DNA of 64,000 nt from Lepidodermella squamata. Lineage: Eukaryota; Animalia; Gastrotricha. Below are positions 12,024 through 23,914 of this stretch, piece after piece (within the stretch, counting starts at the first letter, position 1; the number at the start of each line of letters is the position of its first letter). The notes below the pieces were generated by a model. The model was not told the origin of the DNA, searched no databases, and worked only from the letters and a program-made list of their open reading frames with translations. Where the stretch lies: positions 1,550,001-1,614,000 of the forward strand of contig JBLDXI010000020.1 in assembly GCA_047495785.1 (NCBI GenBank), written 5' to 3'. A program made the translations under genes and the position numbers.

Positions 12024-12591
12024 TTTTTTGGAGACCAGCTTCACTGATTCGACGCGATTTTACTGAATACGGCGCCACTGTTGCGGCTAATTTGACGCTT
12101 CATTGTTCACATCTTTTAATTAGTTTATTTCACAGGAAAATTCGATTGACTAACAATCAGCGTGTCTGCTAACCACTTCAAGCGAAAAGATACGGCGCTG
12201 ATTGAAAACCTGTCAGGTTAAATTATAATCGGAATGTTCGCGAGTTAGAGAGTCAGAAAGTAACAGGATTGAAAGATAACCGATTTAGAACATACTTTCG
12301 GCATTTTTCCTCAACAGGCCACACGTTTTGAAATAGTAGCCCATTCGCTAACAGAAGCAAATATATTTTAGCAACCCAGTTCAAAGGGTGTACCGAAATT
12401 TTCAAAAATTTCAAACTCAGATATTTTAAACTTTCAATTTTGGAGAAGTTCACTATAGGATAGTTGAAAAATGAAAAACTATACGTCTTTTTTCAACATT
12501 TACGGTGACAATTTATTTGAATTCCGACTTGTGGTTTCATTTCAGGTTCAAATAGGCGATCAACATGTTTGGAGACAACTTTTCTGCCCGC

Positions 12592-12663
12592 GGCTCAGTA
12601 GCTTAGTGGTAGAGCGTCTGTCTCGTAAACAGAAGATCGCGGGTTCAATTCCCGCCTGGGCCT
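12592..12663 (+). tRNA. tRNA-Thr(CGT), copy 2
   Basis: Identical 72 nt to copy 1. Confidence 0.97.
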
Positions 12664-13059
12664 GAGAGTATTTACGTTTTACCCCGCAAATATATTATTC
12701 TTATCATCCTAACTACATGTTTTTGACAACCCGAGGCTCAGGAATGGACGATATCTTTTGCGGAGTGAAATCCTCTGTTTTATCCTTTTATTAGGCTGTC
12801 CGGATTCAGTATCCAGTGTTAACCGGGGATTCCGTATCAAATCGTGCTTAAAATCCATCTATCTCAAAGTCGCCGGCGTGTCCACCTTATCGCAATCTGA
12901 AAACACGACTTGCAGCAGGCTATTGCCAAAAACATCCTTATCAGATCAACACGCACAAGTACTTTGATATAAAACTTAGCCCTCAAGTCACAACAAGCTT
13001 ACACTCCGCTTTTTTTTACTTATTTTTCAGTGGAAAAATCCTGCTTTGACTTGGCCGTA

Positions 13060-14108
13060 ATGGAGGAAAGAATTAGGGAACTAGCTAAACAGACGCATTT
13101 GACGCGTGATGAGCGCAAAGCTGCGATGCGCCGCATGTTCTTCGGCCCGCTCCTCGACTACATGGGCGACAATCCGTTCGGCTGGCCGCAGGTTGAAATC
13201 CTCGGCCGAACTGTCAGCATCGGACTGCCGGCTTTTCTACCTCGAATCCGCATGATGAAAGTCGACCCGAGTGACGTTTTCGTCTGCTCTTTCCCGAAGT
13301 GCGGAACCACGTGGATGCAACATATTGTTTATCTTCTGGTTACTGAAGATTTCGAAGGTGGCAAAAAGATTCCGATCGACGAGCGAGTGCCTGAACTCGA
13401 GGTTCCAGCGCCGTACCCACCGAGGCCGGAAAATTTGGACGCCATAGCCGCCCGAAAGCCGCCTAGGTTCTTCAAGAGCCATCTTGGAGTCAAATTCTTG
13501 CCCGATCAAGTTTTCAACGGCAAAGTTATCTACATGCACCGCAATCCTTGGGATATGGCTGTTTCGCTGTTCTATCACTTCCAAAACATGCCGCCTCATT
13601 TCTACGACGGAACCTTCGAGGAGGTTGTAGAAAACTTGATAGCTGGAAAGCATGGTAAAATTTTCATCAATTTTTTACTACTGTGCTATTAATTTTTTTC
13701 GCAGTATTTTTCGGGCCATGGCATACCCATTTGCGCGAGTTTTACGACCTATCCAAAGCTGGGAAGCCAATTCTTCTGATGGGTTTCGAAGAATTGAAAA
13801 AGGACGCCTTTGGCTGCATCAAGAAGGTTGCTCAATTCCTCGGAAAAGATGCCAGCGATGAGCTGATTCAAAAGGTCGTCGAAGCCACAACTTTCGAGGC
13901 AATGAAGCAGAACGACTCTAACAACTACACGTGGCTTACGGCGATGAGCCAGTTTTACGGCAAAGCCCCAGGCAGCTTTGTTCGCAAGGGCATTGTTGGC
14001 GATTGGCGCAATCACTTCACGGATCCTGACCTTTTGGCCCGTTTCAATGCCTACGTTGAGAAATCGATGGAAGGCATTGACATCAAATTTTCCGAAACTG
14101 GAAAATAA
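13060..14108 (+). CDS. Cytosolic PAPS-dependent sulfotransferase (SULT1-like); exons 13060-13654, 13705-14108
   Basis: 5'-PSB motif SFPKCGTTW, PRFFKSHL, YMHRNPWDMAVS, FVRKGIVGDWRNHF. Confidence 0.95.
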
Positions 14109-15019
14109 TTTACTCGGCAGCCAACATTCATGTGCCAATTTTATGAAAGCTTATCAATTGTAGCTAGTCAGTGATTCAAGTCGTAAAATCGTTTCGAAGT
14201 ATTCGAAATTAATAAAAATTTAGGTTTGACCGTTATTGATCATTGTACAAAAATTGGTTCAAATATTGGTTCCCACTACATCTCAAGGTATGTTACGGAA
14301 TCCCAGATTTTTTATCTATTCAGATTACTCCTGCAAGAAGGGTCTAATAATTGCGTCAACGAAACTGAGGTTCCAGCTTTCTTGGACCAAATTTTCCCAA
14401 GTTTTTATGAATTCGAGTCGCGAGCATTTTTCAATTTAAAATGGTTTTACGTAGCAGTCTCTTTTCATCTTTTATTTACAAAAACATTGTCATGTAATTT
14501 AAATTTTCTATTCAAATAATAATAATTAATCATTATTACAATGATGTTAATAATAATAAGAGCGCCATGTCGAATTTTTACACTAATATCTTGTAATCGC
14601 AGGTGAAAAAAATTCATAGCGATTCTGTACATCAGTTTTACAATAATTTCAGTCGAAAATTATCATCATTTATTAGCATAATCATTTTTTTAGCTCCTTT
14701 TGTCGAAGGAAGCATTTTTGGTTTGCACACTGAGAGACAGCGAGAGAAATTCTTATTTCCTTTTTGAAAATCTTCAACAAATAATAATACGTAGCTTTAA
14801 TTCTGTCCAAGTTTCGGTCTTAACTCTTCGGAAAAGCAATACAGAGATAGGTCGACTTATAGCGCCAGAGTTGTTGAACAAAAGATAGACGTAAAAAAAG
14901 AACCAGCACGTTCAATTCGCTAGGATGAGGACAAAGTTTAATTTTTCTGAATTTTTCAGCATTTTTCGAAAAAAGCGGTACTTATAAGATCTGGGATGAA
15001 TTTGACAATAATAAATCTC

Positions 15020-16668
15020 CTAATCATATCTGGAGCTTCGTATCGAGCAGCATAAGCAAATGGAGAAGACCATGCCGAAAACCATGACACCGCCGGCGAC
15101 AAGCAGCGCGATTCCGAGGCCGAATTTCATGTTGTTAAGGCCGTCCCATAGCGGGTTGAAGCACCCTTTACCGCAGTTGGGCGCACCAAGGGCGCATTTC
15201 GAGGTTGGCGGGTAGGCGCGGGGGCAGGAGAGCAGCGGGACGTCGTCGATGCCGCAGCAGTCCCACCGCGAGTTGGCGTAAACGAGCAGGCCGTTGTTCA
15301 CGTTTTTCTCAGCTTCCTTGTCGAGGACATCGCGCAGCCAGCCTTTCATTTTGTCGCTGTAGACGAACACGAGAATGCCGACGGCGACTAATGCGCAGAA
15401 GATGAGGAGCAAAAAGGTGAAGAAGAGAGCAAGCATCGCTTGGTTCTCACGAATAGCACCGCAGCATCCTGAAATACAAAATGCTATTATTAAAAGAAGT
15501 ATGCAAAATCGCTATAATCGCTATAGCTTCGTAAATAAATTCTAGAATTCCGGCTGCCCTATGACAATAGAATCGAAAATAATCATACATTCGAGTTGTC
15601 GGACCAGAGTAAACCGCAACGGCTTTTTTGGTTGAGCCAAAAGCTCTTTTCGAAATTTAAAAATATTCCCAACTACCTGAATTTAAATGGATCAAGTAAT
15701 TTTCAAACATAAATTATCAATTTGTCAATTGGCGCCGAATTCTCCCGTGAAAGTGAAATACCCGCGGTTCGAAGCGTGGGAATTTCTTTTAAACTTCGAA
15801 AGGAGTTTTTGGCGCGAACTCCAAAAAGCCGCATACGGATCAGGAACTGGGTGCGAAATTTGTGTGTGCTCAAGTGACTCTAAAACTTGCGACCATGAAC
15901 AATTGTATACAAGGCCCAGGCGGGAATTGAACCCGCGATCTTCTGTTTACGAGACAGACGCTCTACCACTAAGCTACTGAGCCTCATTCGGCAATAACCA
16001 ATTCAGTTTTCCGCTCATCGAACTTTCAAATTTGAAATTTGAAATTTTCAAATCTTCTGAAAGAATTCAAAGAACAAGCTTGAACTACGATTCCTCAAAA
16101 GAATGCGGCCTTTCTCTGAAACATTTCCCAATAAATACTTATACCCCTTTGATTGAAGTTCGATGAATCAAGAATCCATTAATTTCTGGAGTCTAATCCA
16201 CCCAATGAAGATTCAAGCATAACTCTTCAGACCTAAAACTTAACCCAAAATACCGCGGATCTTTTGCACGACTTTCCCACGAAAGTTCAGCTTTGGCAAA
16301 TTTTAGACGCCGAAATTGAGGCCGAAAGCATGAAGATAATTGCGTACCTAGAAAGCCGAGAATTAGGATGACACCGCCGATGACGATCGCGATGATGCCG
16401 AGAATTTTGACTGTTTCTTCATTGCCTGTGCCAAGAGTTGCTTGAACGTCCGTGTTTTTCACATTCTGGGTGAAGATGTCGATAAATTTCTTAGCATCCA
16501 CCACAATCCAAACTCCCACGCCGACTAGCGCACAGCCAATGAGCTGTATTTTGAAAAAAAAAAAAAAATTTTCTCATTAAATGTGAATGATAATTAACTT
16601 ACCCAAAAGAAGAGATTAAAAACGAATAAACAGTATTTAATACAACTCATACAGCCACCGACAGCCAT
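15020..16668 (-). CDS. Tetraspanin paralog 1; exons 16668-16603, 16543-16348, 15468-15020
   Basis: MAVGGCMSCIKYCLFVFNLFFW, GFLG|CCGAIREN, large loop with CCG and terminal GC, TM4 and FSICLCC tail. Confidence 0.93.
15912..15983 (-). tRNA. tRNA-Thr(CGT), copy 3, inside tetraspanin-1 intron 2
   Basis: Exact reverse complement of copies 1 and 2. Confidence 0.97.
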
Positions 16669-19600
16669 TTTTTTGTATAATTTAAAAAATCTATTATTTG
16701 TTTTCAGAATCGGCAAAAATTATTTTGTGTTGATAAACAAAATTTGCGGTTCATTTTTAGGACTAATACTAATCGTACCAATGTAAGTTTAAGGCGCATT
16801 AGGCGAGAAAAGATGCTGGTCAAACAAAAATAAAGTTGCGCGCTTTGGCGCCATTTGACACGTTTTTCGGCTCTCGGCCTTGAGTTTATCATAATAATAG
16901 TAATAATAGTAATAATTCTCCTATATATCATATACTTCCTATTAGATATAGTATCACTTTTGAGGCCGCGCACGCGCACAGGTAAACAACAAGTCATGCG
17001 AAACTTAAAGCCACCCTAAAAGACATCAGAAAGCATCGAGGCGGATGAGCCGGAAAATATCTAAAGCCGCGCTGGTGATGCAGAAAAACATCGTCAAATA
17101 ATAAATAAACAAATAACTAAACGTTATTAGCTTAAAATACACTGTGATATGTGAAAAGTGCTTAATATAGGGTGCAAAAAAAGCGTAACTTGATACGCAT
17201 CGCTGTTTTCTATGTAATATACACTTGGTACTTAATTTTCTGCGCGACAAATCGATTTCTATATATACGAAACGTCAAGATTTAGTCAGCAGAAAGACGG
17301 GTGGCGAAAAAACTGGCTGAAATAGCTTTATATTGACCGGTGATTAATCACGTAAACTTGACAGGCGTAGTGAGTGGCAACAAATCAAATATGTCACGCA
17401 AAAAAACGCGCACCATTACAGCCATACTAAATTAAGAAAATTTAGTAAAAAATGATAATTAGTCGAAAAAAATAAGGAAACTAAAACTTCTCGCTTGTCA
17501 TCTATTCCCCTAACAGAAAAAGAACAGCGAATCGTTAGAAAACTTGCGTCAAAGCACCTGGTGTCAAGACTATATCTCAAACGTAATACTAATAGTTATG
17601 CAGTCGTGCGTATTTCTGCGGCGTTTTTAATAATAGCGGGCGCAAAAAACGCATGAATCACGCATTATTCAGCTGCGCCGGAGTATAACGCATTGTTATC
17701 GAATAAGTTAAAGTGAACACCGAAACAAGATACCTACATTCGCTATAAAACCACGCGCATGCTATCGCGATGACAGAAATTATAGTATAAAGCCTGCTTG
17801 CAATAAATATCACGACATGCGGGGTAAAAGCGGCGCAGGTGAGGCAGACGCAGATATATAATTCAGGAAAAAAATCTAGAGTGTGATGGCCTCGTTTCAA
17901 TGAAGCGGAGATAACCTGTGTATAGAAAAAAACCAAGCGTATTTGGTACACATCATTGAACAAAGAGAGAGAGTAAAGACTATCTGCACCTCAAGTGACC
18001 ACTGTAAATTGGGTGTTACAAAATGAGTATTCTATACGAGTGGGCCGGCATAGCATTCATGCTATACCACTTCGCGGTGCGAACTCGTATAGAAAATTAA
18101 TCCAGCCCCGTTATGACAAATGCCTTAGTGTTGCATCACATAAGTGAACCAATTATTGCGCAACACAGAAAAAAAGCAATAACGTGTTTTTAGGATTCAC
18201 CCTTAAGCCATAGCTGTAATTATTACATCAATATTAATAATATAAAATTTTTTGAGTATAGAGCAAGTGTGTTTAGGAAATAAACTCATCGGCGGCTAAA
18301 TGAGGTAAATAAATGGTTTATTCTTTTCAAACTATAAGCCGCATAATGACAGTGGTGGCGAAAAAATTGCGTGAACATATGTTACCATCCGATATTTTTC
18401 CTAAAACGTAGGTTGGCCGAGAACCCCCGCGAAAAACCTGACAAGCCATGAAGACGATGAGAGGTAGCAATATGAAAGCATTTGCAAATACGAAAACACG
18501 TGCATTTTTTCTCGCTTGCGAAAGGGCGCGAAAATACGCCGATGTTTTTTATTTCTGTGTCTGTTTTACACCTATGCTTAGGGCTGATAATGATGATGAG
18601 GGCGGGTGCAGTTCTGCACCATGGATTTATAGCGTGGAGAATTACTGCGAGATATTATACCAGACCCACGCCAAATATTACCTATAAAAGCAAGAATTAT
18701 CGCTGCTATTACCCGGGTGATACTCATTACGATGTTCCGTTCAGTTGAGCGCGGAGATATCCAAGGCTAATTCGCAAAAATTTATCGCACCAATACATGA
18801 AATATTCGACTCCATTATTCCAAATTAAGTTGCTTACATTTGTTATGAAGATTGCTGGCGTATCATTGCTGGCTCTTCCAGCAATGCAGCCAGGTTCTTA
18901 TAGAAAATCAGCCCCAAGCATGTGTTACTTTTTTCCGCGTCCTATTTTCGCATAATTTATTACATACTTTCAAGCTGCTGTTATTATTATTACTATAATT
19001 TTCCGGTAATAGCAGTAAATGAGGCGAGTCGATATTGGTAAAAAAAATCTTCCTATCAGGAAAAAAGCGAGACCTGATCTATACGGAGGAACCCATGTAT
19101 AAAAAGAAATAATTCTTGTTGAAAAAAAAGTTGGCGGACTACCAATTCACGTGTCATCGTTTGATAGCTGTGCGTATGCAGGCCGAACATTATTGAATTA
19201 TAGTCTTTGGTGCAAAATTCGCGATCAATTTCTCATTGAGAGAATATTCGAAGTCACACTCGAAATCGAATAAAAATGAATATACCTATAATATTGTTTT
19301 TGTTGCTGATATCGCCGTCCCCTTGATATAATAATATAAGGCGGTGGATAAGTTAAAATGACAGATCTCAGGTACAGCATAGGATGAGTGTACTAAAATT
19401 AGAATCTCTAGCGTTGTTTCATCTTCGGTAACAATGGCCCAATATTCCGCAAGAAAAATAGGGGAAATAATTATAGCAAAACAAACGCATCTCATTCTTC
19501 GCTAAGCAGCTGGTTTGTAAAAAATCAGAGGCATTGTACAAATAATAAGAAAAATGGCAGCCAACTCCCCGTAACATCAGCATTGTAATTCGTATGCGAT

Positions 19601-21902
19601 TTTTTTCCTCCAAATAAATAGAAAAATTGGAGAACAATCGCCGCAAGGGCTATTTTCGCAAATTATCGAAGCGTTTGATGATAAATAGCTCGCAAGCGGT
19701 GGAAAAAAGATATAGGTAAGAATAAGCGGAGTACCAGGCAGATAAAAGTAACGCATTTGTATGATAATATCGAACACAGGTAACGTTTGTTATATACTGT
19801 AATAGGTCTTCTGCTGTGTGATGGTCGTCGTCGGTAAAGTTTGCACAGTCAGATGGGTGCAGGTAGTGCATATCGCGCGTGCATTCTTTTTAACAGAAAA
19901 CTACACACTCTTGGGCGGTAATATAATAATAACGAATTATTACACATGCGCACTCCCTCTTTGACGCGGCCTGGGCAAAGTGTGCCGCGCTCGCACCTGT
20001 GTGACCGCAGCCCCGCCCATATTTTAACCCTGAGACCAGCGCTGAAAATCTCGCGCTATGCTACCAGAATAAAGTGTCAATACTATATGCCTACTACTGT
20101 AATTTGGGAACCGAACAAACAAAAGCGGCGGATGAGTTGAGTTGCCAGATAACAAGTTGGTACCAGGTACGTTCCTACCTGTGACGTAGTGTAGTCTGCA
20201 GCTTGTCTCATTAGCCATGCTAAGAGGCCCATAAAGCCGAGACGATGCGCACCGGGTGGGTATAGAAACGTAGTAAAAGAAATACCATCGTTATATTATT
20301 ATGTAAATAAACCATTTTTTACTATTTCGCTAAAATGGCATCATCACCTCTATACTCATAAAACACGTGGGTGCAGTATAATAATGTTATTACACCTCTT
20401 GCGTTTTTTCAATTAAATATGGTAAAAAATGTGAGATACAATATAAATTAGGTCATAGCGCCACTTATTCCCCCAAAGTGTCGCATTTGGGCGGGTCAAT
20501 AAAAACAAAATAAATGCCTCCCATATCGATGGCGATAATAAAGCGGCTTCCGTTGCATAATCTTAAAAGTATACTCTAAGCCGCTGAAAAAGAGCAATTT
20601 TCCTAATACCATACCCTGGAAAGTGAATATTCCGCAGGCTCCCAATTTTCAGGCCATGAAGTGATCTTGATAGCAGTATAATTACCTCGTTTCACAAACA
20701 ATGAGAAGGCAAATTAATGTTTTCATTAGATTACCTGTTTTAAATTAATTGCTCGACAGTCTGCTCACTAAAAGACAACTTCCTTTTGAACCCTGGTGCG
20801 CACTCAATATTTCGACAAGATAAAGACGCTATAAGATGAAGTATCTATGGCAGGACGTCGTTCCGCATATTGTAGTATATATCGTAGATTTCGGCCTGTA
20901 TAAAATTTTGATGCTTGTTCGGCCCAGCTTTTGTGTTGCAACGACGTGCACACTTTCAATGCGAATATTAAAATCCAAACGCGTCCAGCTCTCCACTTCT
21001 TTGTTGATGTGCTCTCGGCACATTATTTCACGGCCGCGAGCTTTATCATAATATCATCACATGCACGCCGCCATTTAGTCGCCTTGAAAAACCACAGAAT
21101 GAGATACAATTAGCGACGACGTCATCAGTGGCGCACGCGCTCCTGAACACCGGTAATTTGCGCGCATCATAACAAAATCTAGTCGCCTTAATAATACTAT
21201 TTACAAAGCTTCTCGCGAGTTAATTATTAGCTCGCGCACTGCACCATATAGTGTTTGAAAAAACCGCCGAGATATACCGTTTTTCTATAATTTATTACTG
21301 TTATGGATGTACAGAAATATTCCCACGATATAGTTGCAATGAAAACGTGAGATCGCATAATACATTTTTTTGAAGCAATAAAAAGGTTGAACTAATCATA
21401 TATTATTATTGTTAGTATTTTGATACAGAGTAACAAACTGCAAACCACAACGTGCTGATTTCATCTACAAAATGCCAAGTCCTTCCACCAACACCGGGTT
21501 GAATTGACATTTTCCAGAATAGCGCTCTCAAGCTATCAGAGATAATTATAGTGAAAAATTGAAGAATAATTTCGTTTTTTTTCATGGAATAAAATGCATA
21601 GAGGAGAAGAGAAATTTCAGATTTACGAGCAGCTTGATTTGACTTGATTTCGAAGACCAGATCAATAGTATTTACAAAGCTGAAACAATCAATGAGAATA
21701 CGTCAACAAAAACTTGCTCGGCTTTTTTTTTGAGAAATAACTAAGCAATCTTTGAGAAAACAGCGCGGGTAAAAATCAAACAATAAATTACATTTAAAAA
21801 AATTTAAAATATTGGTATGACGAGATGATCGGCCTCTTTCGAAAAGACAAGGAGATTGATTTTTTTTGGTTGATACAGCTGGCTGCCATGAATCTCGTTC
21901 TG

Positions 21903-23914
21903 TTATTTGTTCCGTATCGCACAGCATAAGCACATGCTGAAAATCATTCCGAAAATCTACGCAGAAAGAAATCAATAATTAAGTTGGAATTTTCTCAATG
22001 TGATTTTTTGGACGTACCACTGTGCCACCAGCAGCTAGAGCGGCAATGCCAGCGCCGACGGCCATGTTGGACATGACGCCCCAGATGACGTTGAGGCAGC
22101 CCTTCTGGCAGCCCAGCGAGTTGACGTCGCACGGGTACGGCGACACGTCGAGCGGCGGGTACAATTGGTCGCATTTCGCCATGTCTTTAATGCCGCAACA
22201 TCCATACTGTTGGACAAAATGTAGATTAGGTTATGGGTGTATAGAAAAAATTAGGTCGACTCACTGTTCGGTAGCCATACGCCAAGATGGTGTTGCCAGA
22301 ACGAGACATTTTCGTGGCTGAACCTTCGCCAGCCTCGAGTCGCATCGCCTTTTCCAGCATATCCTTTATCTGTAACCATAAAACAGATGTTGAGAAATAG
22401 TTCAGCGGAATAAAGTCAAAGGTTATGGTTGAAAAATAAGATCAAACTGGACTATACAAGGGAGATGAAAATGAATCTTTAACAAACATTTCATCTTTAT
22501 TTTCAAAGAGGAAAAATCAACTTCAGCCAACTTCAACAATTTTTTTACAGCTGATATATTTGGCTCAATTGTCAACGGGGTAAATACATAAGAGGTGTAT
22601 TTGAATATTTTAAAGATCAGCTATCAGCTTGAGCTTGCTCTAGAGTATGGTCGGTCACGTGAAGGAAACTCCCGAAATACTTTTCCAAGCTTTGAATTCT
22701 CATTCGTCTCTTAATTCGTTGGAGCCAAAGCTTTCACTTAGAAAGAGGAGTGTCACTACTACTTTTAGCTCTCCTGAGAAATACATGAGTTTGAAGCTCC
22801 AAAATTTTACTAAAAGTGAGACATGGGGAAATGTGAACTTGTCAATTCTTCTTGGAAAATTTCGGGAACTTTCTGAAACGAACCAACTTTAATGACCCTA
22901 AGCTAGCCATTTTCTTGGTTTTCTCTTGTTTGAGATCGAGGGAACTGTTTTTGGCCTCAGGACCTTATCCAAGTTGAAATCCTTAGATTCCAAGTAAACT
23001 GGCCCCTAAATCCAGCTCCAGAGTCCCATCATTAAGAAATCTGGCGTCTTCCTCATAGACAACTGAAAGCAGAATAATTGTTGAAAGCGAATTACGCAAA
23101 GAATAGTTTTGTTATCTGATGAAACCTGTCAATTTTCGACAGCAGGCCGAAAAACTATAACCATTCCGAGTTGAGAAAAACTACTCCATTTCTTCAACCA
23201 TTGAGCGTTGAGCGTTAAAATGCGTCAAGTAAAACCATTTCGCACAATTCGTCTCTATGATCTATGCTCAGTTTCCGGCCAGATTTTTAACGATCGAGAA
23301 TCAAATGATTATCGTAAAATTAAAACACGAATTCGCGGCTAAAATCGATTCGAACATCTAAATTATAAATAATTGCCCCAAGTTTTCCGACCAAAATGCA
23401 TTCACACCACGGTAGTTGATTAATCGCAGGATCCTAAATCAGCTTCAGCAAATTCTCAAATTTCTTACCCAATCTTTTTTGACGATAGCGACAACTCCGA
23501 TGGCGACCAACGCGGCGAAGATGAGCAGCAGAATGGCAAAAAACATGCCAAGCATGCATTGGCTCTCGCGAATCGCGCCGCAACAACCGAGAAATCCACT
23601 GATCATAATCACGCCACCGATAACGATAATTGCGATACCGGCGGCTTGCACAACGCCTTCATCCAACACGCCAACGTTTTGCTTGATCTCCTCTTGCACA
23701 TTATTGTTATAAATTTGCAGAAATTTTTTCGCATCGACAATGACCCAAATTCCAACGCCAACAAGAGCGCAGCCAATGGCCTATAGAAAAATATTTAAAA
23801 AATATATAAAACCCCCTTAAAATTTGTGGAAATGAAATTTACCCAAAATATGAAGTTGAATACAAATAACGAGTATTTGATGCAGGTTAAACACCCTCCG
23901 AGATTGGGCGCCAT
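21903..23914 (-). CDS. Tetraspanin paralog 2; 5 exons (approx. 23914-23843, 23780-23469, 22369-22265, 22206-22018, 21956-21903)
   Basis: MAPNLGGCLTCIKYSLFVFNFIFW, GFLGCCGAIRESQCML, YGCCG, KGCL, IFGMIFSMCLCCAIRNK*. Confidence 0.92.
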
